NCBI GenBank assembly: GCA_016183365.1 | Contig: JACPES010000003.1 | Span: 13,726 to 77,725, forward strand | DNA length: 64,000 nt | Source of the DNA: Candidatus Collierbacteria bacterium | Lineage (GTDB): Bacteria > Patescibacteriota > Microgenomatia > UBA1400 > JACPES01 | Direction of reading: 5' to 3' | Shown here: positions 1 to 9,211 of the stretch, in pieces | Layout: each line of letters starts with the position of its first letter | Numbering within the stretch: the stretch's first letter is position 1 | Notes under the pieces: model-generated | What the model was told of the DNA's origin: nothing | The model's input: the letters and a program-made list of their open reading frames with translations, nothing else | Databases searched by the model: none | Position numbers and translations under genes: made by a program

Positions 1-1149
1 TACCACCAATCCTTGGGCTTTACCAAATTCTTCTGCTTCCCATAACCCTGCAAATTCCCCGGTCTCTCGATTAAGAGCCGTCACCTTTTTATCTTTCCGA
101 CCCAGCACCCAAACTTTTTCTCCCTCCTGGGGAACTGAAAATAATATCGGGTCAGACATAAAACCGGTCAGAACCTGGCGAAAATATATTCTACTCCCGT
201 TTCTAAACCGGCTGATTCTACCGCCTTGATGCAGAACCCAAATATCTCCGTCTACGCCTGTAGCCACAGCATCTGACAGATCAAAATTTAACCCTGGTTT
301 AAACCACTGTCTGCGGCTGCCAAACTCCGGTTTATCGGAATTGTTCTCCCCGCCTTGATATTTTAGGACTTCGGAAACTGATTTATCCAGAACATATAGA
401 TTTCCTCCAAACCAGAACAGTATCGAATCGGCGCCCCACGGCCCGTCTTCTTTGACCGCCTCCGTGGGTTCTCCGCCGTTAAAAGGAAATTCAATAATCC
501 GATTTTCTATTATCCCAAACGCCGAATTGCGGCCCAAAGCCGCACTTTTTATTCCCTCAATTCCCCCGCCGATTACCTGTCCGCTTCTGTCCACGGGCGA
601 CACTGTCGCCAAAATATTATTTTCGTCATCAAAGACCAGCAGACTTTCATTATTGCCGGCCAGAGTTTTCGCCCTTATCTCTTCTGTTAATAAATTTGGG
701 TCTAAAAACTCGCTTAATTTGGCCTGGCGGACAAACCCCAATTCCGATTGGACACTATCTAATTTTTGTTGCAGGCTTTCCAACCGCTTAAGCAATTGTT
801 TATCTCCAATATTTTTCCGGGAATCCTCAACCGACCTTTTCAAATCCAGGCCCAACTCCATGGCCCGAGTTGAATCAACTTTAGCTAAACCGGCGATTTC
901 AGCCAAGACATAATCCGCCTTTTTTTCCAATTTGATTAAGGGCTGCTCTTTGATAAACGCCTGTTTTTTGACAAATCCAAATGTGACAATGAAGCCTAAC
1001 AGAAAAACCAGAACTATCGCCGTTGCCTGATGGGACTTATGCCTCGTTGTTTTTTCTTCTTCGTATACTAGCCTCCCCCCCTGTCCGCCGATTTCAGGCG
1101 GCTTTTTGTTGAGCTTAAATAAATTATCGAATCTAAATCCTTCTCTCAC
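1..1149 (-). CDS. Membrane-anchored coiled-coil + beta-propeller-like protein (partial, runs off window; absent from ORF track)
   Basis: Hand-translated open frame from GTG overlapping the TGA of the upstream gene; one TM segment (AIVLVFLLGFIVTFGFV), then GGNLYVLD and VDGDIWVL propeller-like strands. Confidence 0.75.
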   Translation of the reverse strand, partial: MREGFRFDNLFKLNKKPPEIGGQGGRLVYEEEKTTRHKSHQATAIVLVFLLGFIVTFGFVKKQAFIKEQPLIKLEKKADYVLAEIAGLAKVDSTRAMELGLDLKRSVEDSRKNIGDKQLLKRLESLQQKLDSVQSELGFVRQAKLSEFLDPNLLTEEIRAKTLAGNNESLLVFDDENNILATVSPVDRSGQVIGGGIEGIKSAALGRNSAFGIIENRIIEFPFNGGEPTEAVKEDGPWGADSILFWFGGNLYVLDKSVSEVLKYQGGENNSDKPEFGSRRQWFKPGLNFDLSDAVATGVDGDIWVLHQGGRISRFRNGSRIYFRQVLTGFMSDPILFSVPQEGEKVWVLGRKDKKVTALNRETGEFAGLWEAEEFGKAQGLVV

Positions 1150-1364
1150 AAAACAGCCAGAGAAATTATAAAAATTCCGACCGCAAAAACCAATAACGCT
1201 AAGGCCACCAGCTTTAATCCTCCGGATATAGGCACGGTTAAAACCTGGCTCATCAACTGGACCTGCCTAACCACCACTAAAGAAAAAACTACAAACATTA
1301 AAAGTAGGGCCCATAAAAAAATTCTGACAATTGACAAGAGCCCAAAATCCACTAAATAATTCAT
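1146..1364 (-). CDS. Small two-TM membrane protein (DUF5657-like)
   Basis: ORF with FSLVVVRQVQLM motif; start moved to ATG 1364 because the upstream extension is a 9-mer repeat. Confidence 0.65.
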   Translation of the reverse strand: MNYLVDFGLLSIVRIFLWALLLMFVVFSLVVVRQVQLMSQVLTVPISGGLKLVALALLVFAVGIFIISLAVL

Positions 1365-1383
1365 ATTATTGCTTTTATATCTT

Positions 1384-1419
1384 TCTAACCATTCTAACCA
1401 TCTCAACCATTTTAACCAT
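1384..1419. repeat. 9-mer tandem array (TYTAACCAT-like x4)
   Basis: Seen directly; same unit at 40201-40238 and 48861-48898. Confidence 0.85.
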
Positions 1420-1421
1420 TA

Positions 1422-2021
1422 TTACCTTACCCTTCCCTCTATGGCCTCCTGTTCTTCTTGCGCTATCAACTCCGACAAAACCTTAACCACCTTTTCCGGA
1501 TTGGGAACTTTGTTAAAAACGAATTCCGGAATTTCAGCCGCGGTTTGAATCGAAACATCGCCAAAATTAAAAAACGCCCCCATGATGCCTTTTTGAAAAT
1601 AATTAACATCCTGAATTTTGTTTATTGCAGAAACTCCGACTTTTTTGAACAGCAGTCCATAAAAATCAACGTCTATCACCCGTTCGTCGGTGACAATATT
1701 GACCGAGAAAAACCACATCAAAAACCTCTCGAAAATAAAAGTTAAGATCAGGGCGTACCAAAACAGAGTTAAAATGAACAGGTAATTTTCCGGCAATAAA
1801 GAAATTACCGGTATATACGGCCAAACCAAAGGCGCAAACCCCATCGCCAAGGATATCAATATCCACCAAATGTTGGTCACAAAATGCGGCCGCAACAGTA
1901 ATATTATCCTTTCTTCTTCGTCCTGGGTTTCAAACTTGGTAGCTTTGGGGAAAACCGCCAAGGCGGAAAACAGGCCTCCGGAGCCATGATCTGTTAATAA
2001 CTGCTTAACTGACTCGAGCAT
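1422..2021 (-). CDS. Membrane protein with bacterial PH domain (bPH_2/DUF304-like)
   Basis: Two TM helices, then IVTDERVID...KIQDV...FNFGDVSIQTA. Confidence 0.85.
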   Translation of the reverse strand: MLESVKQLLTDHGSGGLFSALAVFPKATKFETQDEEERIILLLRPHFVTNIWWILISLAMGFAPLVWPYIPVISLLPENYLFILTLFWYALILTFIFERFLMWFFSVNIVTDERVIDVDFYGLLFKKVGVSAINKIQDVNYFQKGIMGAFFNFGDVSIQTAAEIPEFVFNKVPNPEKVVKVLSELIAQEEQEAIEGRVR

Positions 2022-2099
2022 GTATTTATCTTATCACTATTTTATTTTTCGGACGAGCCCAGATTTTTCTTGACAGAAAAATCTGCAGGTACGCCCGAA

Positions 2100-2167
2100 C
2101 CCCGTACCGACGCTCTTCGCGAGCGCTCCCGCTCAGCGGGACGGCGCGAAGCAAGTCTGGTATGGGG
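2100..2167. repeat. GC-rich palindromic (REP-like) element
   Basis: Arms CCCCGTACC / GGTATGGGG enclosing TCCCGCT-CAGCGGGA and CTTCGCG / CGCGAAG stems. Confidence 0.6.
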
Positions 2168-3961
2168 CTACTTTTTTTCAATATTAAACAATCCGCTCTT
2201 TAAGGCGATTCTGCCCGGGGCCCGTAAATTGAAAGCTTTCTTAAATTCAGATCCGGCAATAGCCACTGATCCTTTATCAGTGTCAAATGTAACACTGGAA
2301 GTTATCCCGTTGTCGGAATAAGTTACCGAAATGCCGTTGACTTTCCCAAATCCCCCGCCGGCGCTTTCCGAGCGCGATTTTAACTCGCCGATAGAATATG
2401 GACTGCCGCCCCAGCAGGGTCCGGCAGGAGTAATCCTGTCGTCACCTTGACCGGATTTCACCAATACCGCCCAAGCGTTTAAAATATCGGCCATTTCCTC
2501 GGAAGTCAACCACGGATGCGACCGGCCGCAGCCATCGCCGGAGCGGCTTCGGTACCAGCCTTTGTAAAACCACGGACTGGCGGCGATTTTTTCATAAGCT
2601 TCTCCGGTCCAACCGCCCCGGCCGGATTTGGTGTCCCAAAACCCGGGGGTCGAATAACCATTGGAGCTATACGATTCCTGATATCCGCCGGAGGTCGAAG
2701 CGTACCAGGCGGAAAACGGCTGGCCGTTGGCAATTAAAACCCAGCCGCTGGTAGCATTGACGGCTTCTTCCCATTTACCGCCTTTATTGGCAGGCTTATA
2801 AACCTGGCACTGCTCGGTAGCGCAAATACTGCCGCTGCCATTGTTGGTATAAGCCAGAGCGTAAGATCGGGCGGCCACCGCCTGGGCTTTCAAAGCCTCC
2901 ATTCCGCCTTCGTCGCCCCAGCTTCCCGGCATTTCATAAATTCTTTTGGCATAGGTCTCTAAATCCACCGATCCGTATCCCCGAACATTAATATTTATGC
3001 CGGTGGAATAATCTTTTTTAATCTCAATTCCCCCGCCGTAATAAGCCTTTAAAATATCTTCGGCCGATTGGCCGTTTTTGGCCCGGCCAAAAGCCCCGTA
3101 CTGGCTCATCCCCTTAAAATGCGGGGCTCCGAATGAAAAAGCGGCGAAAGCCGGAGAAAATCCCGGATTATAATCCGGCCTAGAGGCGGGGTCGTCGGCC
3201 AGGGGCACATCGCCGACAGTAGTCTGAAAAGTTTCCGCTTTTTCGGTTAAAATCGCTTTTTGTCTGGCCGAAAGATCGGCAATTTTACCTGACAATTGGG
3301 CCTGATATTCCTTGGCTCCCTTAATTTCTTTTCTGAAAAAGGCCGCTTCCGTATCCAATTGGGTTTGAAGTTTGGCTAATTGGGTTTTTCTTTCCAGTTG
3401 CTTTTTTTGCTCAATTTCCAATCCTCTTGACTCTTCAGAGATACGGACGATAATTTCCCGGTCTTGGGCGGCGGCGGCCTGGCGGTAGCCCAATTCCCGG
3501 GTTAAATCCGCGGCAGACGAAGACCCCACCAACAATAAAAATGGGCTCATTGATTGTTGGCGTTTATATAAATTTCTGACCCTGATGGATAATAATTGAT
3601 ATTGAACCGCCATTTCAGTTTGTTTGGAATCCAATTCTTTGGCCAGACGTTTATTTTCCGCCACCGCCGCATTAATTCCTTTTTGGGCCGAAACAATTCT
3701 GGCGTCTAATTTTGATACTTCGGCTTCCAACGGGACTGTCGCCGATTCAGACAATTGCCGCAAATGGGATAAATCGTCAATCTGTGCCTGCAAATCGCCT
3801 AGCTCTGTCGCCGAGACGCCGCCATTATTGATAATAGATAAATAGACAAATAGACCCAAAAGTACACTTGCTGCGATTCGTGGTTTACATCCACGTAATC
3901 GTAGGGCGTGACTTCTGGGCGGGCAAATAGACAAATAGACAAATGCCAGAATTTTTCTCAC
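2168..3961 (-). CDS. Coiled-coil + SpoIID/LytB domain peptidoglycan lytic protein
   Basis: GMSQYGA, EALKAQAVAARSYA and CQVY motifs; N-terminal coiled coil. Confidence 0.9.
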   Translation of the reverse strand: MRKILAFVYLSICPPRSHALRLRGCKPRIAASVLLGLFVYLSIINNGGVSATELGDLQAQIDDLSHLRQLSESATVPLEAEVSKLDARIVSAQKGINAAVAENKRLAKELDSKQTEMAVQYQLLSIRVRNLYKRQQSMSPFLLLVGSSSAADLTRELGYRQAAAAQDREIIVRISEESRGLEIEQKKQLERKTQLAKLQTQLDTEAAFFRKEIKGAKEYQAQLSGKIADLSARQKAILTEKAETFQTTVGDVPLADDPASRPDYNPGFSPAFAAFSFGAPHFKGMSQYGAFGRAKNGQSAEDILKAYYGGGIEIKKDYSTGININVRGYGSVDLETYAKRIYEMPGSWGDEGGMEALKAQAVAARSYALAYTNNGSGSICATEQCQVYKPANKGGKWEEAVNATSGWVLIANGQPFSAWYASTSGGYQESYSSNGYSTPGFWDTKSGRGGWTGEAYEKIAASPWFYKGWYRSRSGDGCGRSHPWLTSEEMADILNAWAVLVKSGQGDDRITPAGPCWGGSPYSIGELKSRSESAGGGFGKVNGISVTYSDNGITSSVTFDTDKGSVAIAGSEFKKAFNLRAPGRIALKSGLFNIEKK

Positions 3962-4025
3962 AAATTCAGTATATCAATGATTACAAGATACTATGGTTAT
4001 TATTGAAAGTGGTATCATAAAGCTC

Positions 4026-4277
4026 ATGAAAACTTATTCCTTTAGAACAATTATCGAACCGGATGATCCGTCGGGATATCATGGTTACGTTCCCAAGTTG
4101 AAAGGTGTTCATACCTGCGGAGAAACAATCGATGAAGTTCAACGAAATCTACGCCAGGCCATTAAATGTCATATTGAAGGACTGATGAAAGACGGTGAAC
4201 CAATGCCGACTGAAGAACGTTCAATCGAATCAATTCAAACTTTCTCTCGGCAGGATTTCACTCCAGTTTATGCCTAA
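4026..4277 (+). CDS. hicB: HicB-family antitoxin
   Basis: YVPKLKGVHTCGETIDE motif; overlaps downstream hicA. Confidence 0.85.
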   Translation: MKTYSFRTIIEPDDPSGYHGYVPKLKGVHTCGETIDEVQRNLRQAIKCHIEGLMKDGEPMPTEERSIESIQTFSRQDFTPVYA

Positions 4278-4496
4278 GTTGCCGGTTGTCAAGGCAAAAG
4301 TTTTGCTGAAAACCCTGCTTAAACTGGGATTTGAGAAGCACCATCAAGCAGGAACCATATCCAGCTGAAACACCCTGATGGGAGAAGGACGACGGTTCCA
4401 TATCATCCGTCCAAAGAAATCAGAAAAGGCACGCTTCGAGGCATTATCAGTGATATCGATTTGACGGTAGAGGAATTCATCCGAGCGCTAAAGTAA
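4270..4496 (+). pseudogene. hicA: HicA-family toxin with 1-nt deletion at the GSH motif
   Basis: MPKLPVVK...HHQAG continues in another frame as HIQLKHPDGRRTTVPYH...GTLRGII; 227 nt (3n-1). Confidence 0.85.
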
Positions 4497-4573
4497 AAAT
4501 CTGCTGGCAAACAAGGTGAAGTGTTAACCCCAAAAAACTTCCCCGGTGAAAGTCTGGTAAAATCGTAGAAGTT

Positions 4574-5371
4574 GTGAAATTTTTTCTGTGTCCCCTTAAT
4601 TTCAAAGTGAAACGCTTATTCAACTTTCAGAGATTAAAACAGTTGTTGGGCATTATGCTTATCTTGTTGGCTATTGTTTTTAGTCAGACTGTTTTAGTAG
4701 AAAAATTTGGTTTCAGTAACGTCGTTTACGCTCAAGTGCAATGCTGTACCTCACCGGCTCAAGTAACATTTGTTGGCGGAAATGTTTATTGTTCACTTCA
4801 TACCGGAACCGGCATTCCGACAAATTGCTCTGGATCAACCCCTAACTGTGATGTTGAAACTAACCAGTGTATTCCTATTCCCGACATTACTAATCCGCAA
4901 TGCTGTACCTCACCGGCTCAAGTAACATTTGTTGGCGGAAATGTTTATTGTTCACTTCATACCGGAACCGGCATTCCGACAAATTGCTCTGGGAACTGCG
5001 ACGTTCTAACTAACCGATGCATCAATTCTCTCCCCGGCGGCGGGCCGACGATCACCGTCTACGATCCGACGTGCAATTCTGGAACTGGATATTACGGTTA
5101 TTCCGGTGTTAAAAGTGCCTTGGGGTGTTTGCCGACTGATCCGCAAACGTTTATTAATACCGCCACCCCTTGGGCGGTGGGGATTGGAGCCGGAATTGCT
5201 TTTCTACTGGGGCTTTATGGAGCGCTGATGATTGTTATTTCCGCCGGCGACCCGGAAAAAATGCAGGCTGGCAAAGAAATTATTACCAGCGCGATTGCCG
5301 GACTATTATTAATAGTTTTTGCGGTTTTTATTTTAAGAATAATTGGGGTTGATGTATTAAAATTGTTTTAG
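4574..5371 (+). CDS. VirB2/TrbC-like pilin with Cys-rich duplicated N-terminal domain
   Basis: C-terminal ISAGDPEKMQAGKEIITSAIAGL pilin motif; 96-bp exact repeat 4738-4833 = 4897-4992. Confidence 0.85.
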   Translation: MKFFLCPLNFKVKRLFNFQRLKQLLGIMLILLAIVFSQTVLVEKFGFSNVVYAQVQCCTSPAQVTFVGGNVYCSLHTGTGIPTNCSGSTPNCDVETNQCIPIPDITNPQCCTSPAQVTFVGGNVYCSLHTGTGIPTNCSGNCDVLTNRCINSLPGGGPTITVYDPTCNSGTGYYGYSGVKSALGCLPTDPQTFINTATPWAVGIGAGIAFLLGLYGALMIVISAGDPEKMQAGKEIITSAIAGLLLIVFAVFILRIIGVDVLKLF

Positions 5372-5388
5372 TCAAGAGTCATTAAATT

Positions 5389-5721
5389 ATGTTTATATCA
5401 CTAAGCGTGCTAGGTGTAGCTTTACCCGGAGGGGAAAGAGACCTTTTTTGGAGCGATCCGCTAGCGGGAAGGGGGAAGTTTGATGACATTGGAACGACTA
5501 TTACTTCTCTTCTCCCCTACCTTTTCATCATCGGCGGAATCGTGACGGGCGGAATGCTGATAATCGGCGGATTCGACATTTTAACTTCCATGGGCAGCGA
5601 AGAAAAACTAAAAAGCGGAGCGGAGAGAATCAAAAACGCCTTAATAGGGTTTTTATTGTTGTTCGCGGTTTATTGGCTGGCCCAAATCGCTCAAGTCCTT
5701 TTTAAAATACCTATTTTATAG
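5389..5721 (+). CDS. VirB2/TrbC-like pilin
   Basis: TM-(TSMGSEEKLKSGAERIKNALIG)-TM. Confidence 0.85.
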   Translation: MFISLSVLGVALPGGERDLFWSDPLAGRGKFDDIGTTITSLLPYLFIIGGIVTGGMLIIGGFDILTSMGSEEKLKSGAERIKNALIGFLLLFAVYWLAQIAQVLFKIPIL

Positions 5722-5754
5722 GGCCAAGGGACAAAGGCTAAGGGCTAAAGGCAG
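5720..5754 (+). repeat. Left heptamer array (AGGGCTA-like x5) of four-helix-bundle gene
   Basis: AGGGCCA AGGGACA AAGGCTA AGGGCTA AAGGCAG. Confidence 0.8.
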
Positions 5755-5761
5755 ACAAAAA

Positions 5762-6121
5762 ATGCAAACAAAAAACAACCAGAGAACTGATTTACATGAA
5801 AGAATTTTTCGTTGGATAATTTCAGTTCTTAAACTATTAAAGACTGTCAATAAAGATGTCATCAGCATAGTAATAATTCAACAGTTGGCAAAATCATGTA
5901 CTTCTGTCGGAGCAAATGACCAGGAAGCAGTTACTTCTTCTAGCGACAAAGACTTTGTTTCTAAATATCAAATTGTAAAAAAGGAGCTTTCCGAAAGTAT
6001 TTATTGGCTAAGAATACTTAAAGAGATGTATCCTGACATTGACATTTCAAGCCAGTTAAACGAAAGCATTGAACTTCTTAGAATCATTAGTAAAATCATT
6101 CTCAACGTCAAGAATCGTTAA
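5762..6121 (+). CDS. Four-helix-bundle protein (TIGR02436 / 23S rRNA IVP / Avd-like)
   Basis: DLHERIF...QLAKSCTSVGANDQEA...KELSESIYWLRIL signature. Confidence 0.9.
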   Translation: MQTKNNQRTDLHERIFRWIISVLKLLKTVNKDVISIVIIQQLAKSCTSVGANDQEAVTSSSDKDFVSKYQIVKKELSESIYWLRILKEMYPDIDISSQLNESIELLRIISKIILNVKNR

Positions 6122-6144
6122 GTTTGGTAAAATCTTTTCTAGAA

Positions 6145-6900
6145 ATGAAAAAATCGTTTTCCCTTAGCCCTCATCCCTTAGCCCTTAGCCCTTTTCTCCC
6201 CCGGCACATCGCCATCATCATGGACGGCAACCGGAGATGGGCTAAAGCCCGCGGCCTGGCCGCCGTTATGGGCCATGACAAGGCGGCCCGCGACGTCATT
6301 GAGCCGATTGTTGATAGGGCGATCCAATTGGGAATAAAGTTTTTAACCTTTTGGGCTTTTTCCACCGAAAACTGGAAACGGGATAAAGCCGAAATCAGAG
6401 CATTAATGGGGATTTTCCGGGAAGGATTAGATAAATTGGGCGGTAAACTCAACGAAAAAGGCGTTCGTTTGAACGTCATTGGTGAAATGGAAAAATTCCC
6501 TGCAGATATCCAAGAAAAAACCAAGAAGTATATGGAGCTAAGCCGTGACAATATCCAAATCTCCGTCAGCTTCGCCCTGAACTATGGAGGAAGAGACGAA
6601 ATCCTGCGAGCCGTAAGACGGCTCTTCGAAAAAATTCGAAATTCGAAATTCGAAATTCGAAATTTAAACGAAGAAATGTTTGCGAAATTTCTTGACACCG
6701 CGGATATGCCGGACCCGGATTTGATCATTAGAACCGGCGGCGATCTGCGGTTATCCGGCTATTTTCCCTGGCAATCGGTATACTCGGAGTTATATTTCAC
6801 CAAAACCCTGTGGCCGGATTTCACCCCGAAGGAACTGGATAAAGCATTGGAAGATTACGAAAAACGAGAACGGCGATTCGGTGGCGGAGGGAGAAAATAA
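6145..6900 (+). CDS. uppS: Undecaprenyl diphosphate synthase
   Basis: HIAIIMDGNRRW, FSTENWKR, NYGGRDEI and PDLIIRTGGDLRLSGY motifs. Confidence 0.97.
   Translation: MKKSFSLSPHPLALSPFLPRHIAIIMDGNRRWAKARGLAAVMGHDKAARDVIEPIVDRAIQLGIKFLTFWAFSTENWKRDKAEIRALMGIFREGLDKLGGKLNEKGVRLNVIGEMEKFPADIQEKTKKYMELSRDNIQISVSFALNYGGRDEILRAVRRLFEKIRNSKFEIRNLNEEMFAKFLDTADMPDPDLIIRTGGDLRLSGYFPWQSVYSELYFTKTLWPDFTPKELDKALEDYEKRERRFGGGGRK
6158..6192 (-). repeat. Right inverted heptamer array (TAGCCCT-like x5), translated as uppS N-terminus
   Basis: TTTCCCT TAGCCCT CATCCCT TAGCCCT TAGCCCT; reverse complement of the left arm unit. Confidence 0.8.
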
Positions 6901-6903
6901 AAA

Positions 6904-7030
6904 AAATTGCTAAATTGTTATATTGTTAAATTGGAATACGCACCAATTAGTCCTGCAAAGCAGGATCTGGCTCTGCCAGACAATCCAGCAATCCAACAAT
7001 CTAGCAATCTAGCAATCTGACAATCTAACA
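6904..7030. repeat. Inverted octamer arrays with embedded 30-bp twin hairpin (6951-6980)
   Basis: AAATTGYT-like units left, RCAATCTA-like units right; related sites at 47667-47756 and 58252-58338. Confidence 0.85.
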
Positions 7031-7360
7031 ATGTATTTATTCACAGTCAACATCGGCCAAGATTTAAAACTCCAGGACGATACTCCAATTGGCGACGTCA
7101 TCCAATTCCAAAGCGTCGGAGCCTTGATTTCCGCCTGGCTGCCAAATATTTATATTTTAGGCGGGATTATCGTCTTGATTCTAATCATTGTTTCCGGGTT
7201 TATGTGGATTACCAATGCCGGAAATATTAAAAAAATTGAAGAGTCTCAAAAGATCCTGACCTTTGCTATAATGGGTTTTATATTTTTGTTCGGGAGTTAT
7301 TGGATTATTCAAATAATTCAAGTCCTGACGGGAATACCGATATTGAATTCAAGTTTATGA
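7031..7360 (+). CDS. VirB2/TrbC-like pilin
   Basis: WITNAGNIKKIEESQKILTFAIMG. Confidence 0.85.
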   Translation: MYLFTVNIGQDLKLQDDTPIGDVIQFQSVGALISAWLPNIYILGGIIVLILIIVSGFMWITNAGNIKKIEESQKILTFAIMGFIFLFGSYWIIQIIQVLTGIPILNSSL

Positions 7361-7830
7361 AAATACTGAATGAAAAATACCGAATACTGAATAAAAAAAA
7401 GGGCGCATCTGACTTCCCTTATTCAGTATTCAGTATTCAGAATTCAGCATTCGTTTCTCTTGGCATCTTTGGCACCATTAAAAATCCTCTCGGCGATACT
7501 TTTGATAAAGCCGGAGGATACGCATCGGTTGAGGGCGGATTGGGGTTATTACTCACCAATCTCATCCGCTTAACTACCGTCGGCGCCGGCATTTGGTTTT
7601 TGGTCAATTTGATTACTGCCGGGGTGATGTATATCGGCTCCAACGGCGAAACCGAAAAAATCACTATAGCTTGGGCTAAAATTTGGCAATCGTTGATCGG
7701 CCTTTTGATAATCGTTAGTTCTTTGACCCTGGCAGCTATTATCAGTAAAGTATTTTTCGGTAGCTACTCCACCATTCTTAATCCGGTAATCTATGGTCCG
7801 GGCAATGCCGGAGGAGGAAAAATTCCATGA
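7357..7830 (+). CDS. VirB2/TrbC-like pilin; N-terminus encoded by inverted heptamer arrays
   Basis: YIGSNGETEKITIAWAKIWQSLIGL; AATACTG / CAGTATT arrays at about 7359-7452. Confidence 0.8.
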   Translation: MKILNEKYRILNKKKGASDFPYSVFSIQNSAFVSLGIFGTIKNPLGDTFDKAGGYASVEGGLGLLLTNLIRLTTVGAGIWFLVNLITAGVMYIGSNGETEKITIAWAKIWQSLIGLLIIVSSLTLAAIISKVFFGSYSTILNPVIYGPGNAGGGKIP

Positions 7831-8219
7831 CATTGACAGACATTAAGGCCGGCAATATTGGCGGTTTGCCTGACGGCTACCAGGCTATGCCGGCCTCCGA
7901 CGCTCCGGCCACTTTGGAAAAAATAATTTCCAACACAGTCGGATTTTTTACCGTGGTTGGAGGCTTGACATTTATCATTTATATCGTTTTAGCCGGCTTA
8001 ACCTGGATTACTGCCCGGGAAGAAGATGCCAGACTATCAAAAGCCAAACAAATGCTCACCAACGCCCTGATCGGGCTGGCCCTGATAGTTGTTTCTTGGG
8101 CCGTGGCCGGAATAATCGGGACTATTTTTGGATTTGACATTTTAAACCCGGGAAAATATATTGAAATGATATCGCCTGGCGGGAGCGGCGGCGATGAACG
8201 AGAAAAAAGATCATCATGA
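7827..8219 (+). CDS. VirB2/TrbC-like pilin
   Basis: WITAREEDARLSKAKQMLTNALIGL. Confidence 0.85.
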   Translation: MTLTDIKAGNIGGLPDGYQAMPASDAPATLEKIISNTVGFFTVVGGLTFIIYIVLAGLTWITAREEDARLSKAKQMLTNALIGLALIVVSWAVAGIIGTIFGFDILNPGKYIEMISPGGSGGDEREKRSS

Positions 8220-8617
8220 AACGAATCTTTTATTTATCTATTTGCCTATTTGTCTATTTGTCTATTCTGTCTGCCTCTGCCTATGCCGCCGGCATCACCA
8301 ATCCGGCTCTTGCGGACGATCTGGGGAGGGGGGATCCGGCGAATGTTTTTGGCCGGTTCGTGGGAAGCTGGTGGGGATTGGCGTATGTCATCGGCGGATT
8401 GCTGTTTTTGCTTTACCTGGTGTGGGGCGGAGTGGAATGGATCATGGGCGGTGGCAATAAAGACCGGATCGAAAGCGCCAAAAATAAAATTTCCAACGGT
8501 ATTTTAGGGCTGACCCTGCTGGCTGCGTCGTTCGCGTTGGTAAAGGCAATTGGATTTGTGTTGGGAATTGATTTATTGGAAACTTTGACTTTTGATTTAT
8601 CCAGACTGGCGCCGTAA
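8216..8617 (+). CDS. VirB2/TrbC-like pilin
   Basis: WIMGGGNKDRIESAKNKISNGILGL. Confidence 0.85.
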   Translation: MKRIFYLSICLFVYLSILSASAYAAGITNPALADDLGRGDPANVFGRFVGSWWGLAYVIGGLLFLLYLVWGGVEWIMGGGNKDRIESAKNKISNGILGLTLLAASFALVKAIGFVLGIDLLETLTFDLSRLAP

Positions 8618-8653
8618 TCAATGTTTTGGTAAACTAACTGGAATGTGTTTGAA

Positions 8654-8663
8654 AAGGAGGTGA
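8654..8663 (+). promoter_or_regulatory. Full-length Shine-Dalgarno sequence before pilin 8670
   Basis: AAGGAGGTGA, 6 nt before ATG. Confidence 0.8.
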
Positions 8664-8669
8664 GAAATT

Positions 8670-9026
8670 ATGTCATTATTATCAACAGTGTTTGCGGCAG
8701 GAAGCGGAGATATTAATATCGGCCCCAAAGCAACGGCGGCCGGAGTGGACAAAGTAGGCACTATCGGTGATTTAATTGGCGCGGCCATTGGCTCGGCATT
8801 CTTAATCGCCTTCCTGCTGGTATTCGTAATGCTGGTTTTTGGCGGCGTCCAATGGATTACTTCCGGCGGAGACAAAGAAAATACCCAAAAAGCCAAAGAC
8901 CGGATAACTTCCGCTTTGGTGGGAATAGCGATCATCGGCGGAGCTTGGGCTTTAATGAGAGTTGTAGAATTTTTCTTCAACATCGATATCTTGGGTGGAT
9001 TCAAATTGCCGTCGGCGGCGCAATAA
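8670..9026 (+). CDS. VirB2/TrbC-like pilin (candidate major pilin)
   Basis: WITSGGDKENTQKAKDRITSALVG; strong RBS. Confidence 0.88.
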   Translation: MSLLSTVFAAGSGDINIGPKATAAGVDKVGTIGDLIGAAIGSAFLIAFLLVFVMLVFGGVQWITSGGDKENTQKAKDRITSALVGIAIIGGAWALMRVVEFFFNIDILGGFKLPSAAQ

Positions 9027-9044
9027 ACGCGATCCGAATAAGAT

Positions 9045-9167
9045 GATGTCTTGAAGGTGGAAGATGGAAGTCCTTGATCTTGAAACCTTGACGAATCACC
9101 ATCGAGGATTCAAGGTAGCAATCACATCAAGTTCAAAAACCTCAAGAGCATCCATCTTCAAAACATC
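9045..9167. repeat. Imperfect inverted repeat (CTTGA/TCAAG family), sister copy at 34026-34165
   Basis: GATGTCTTGAAG...CTTCAAAACATC ends. Confidence 0.8.
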
Positions 9168-9211
9168 TATTTCGTGGATTAGTATCGCTTTTCTCTGCTA
9201 TACTTTCAGAT

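Noticed and set aside
4738-6121. Diversity-generating retroelement (Avd-like gene near a repeat pair)
   Set aside because: No reverse transcriptase in the window; the 96-bp copies are identical, with no adenine-specific mismatches
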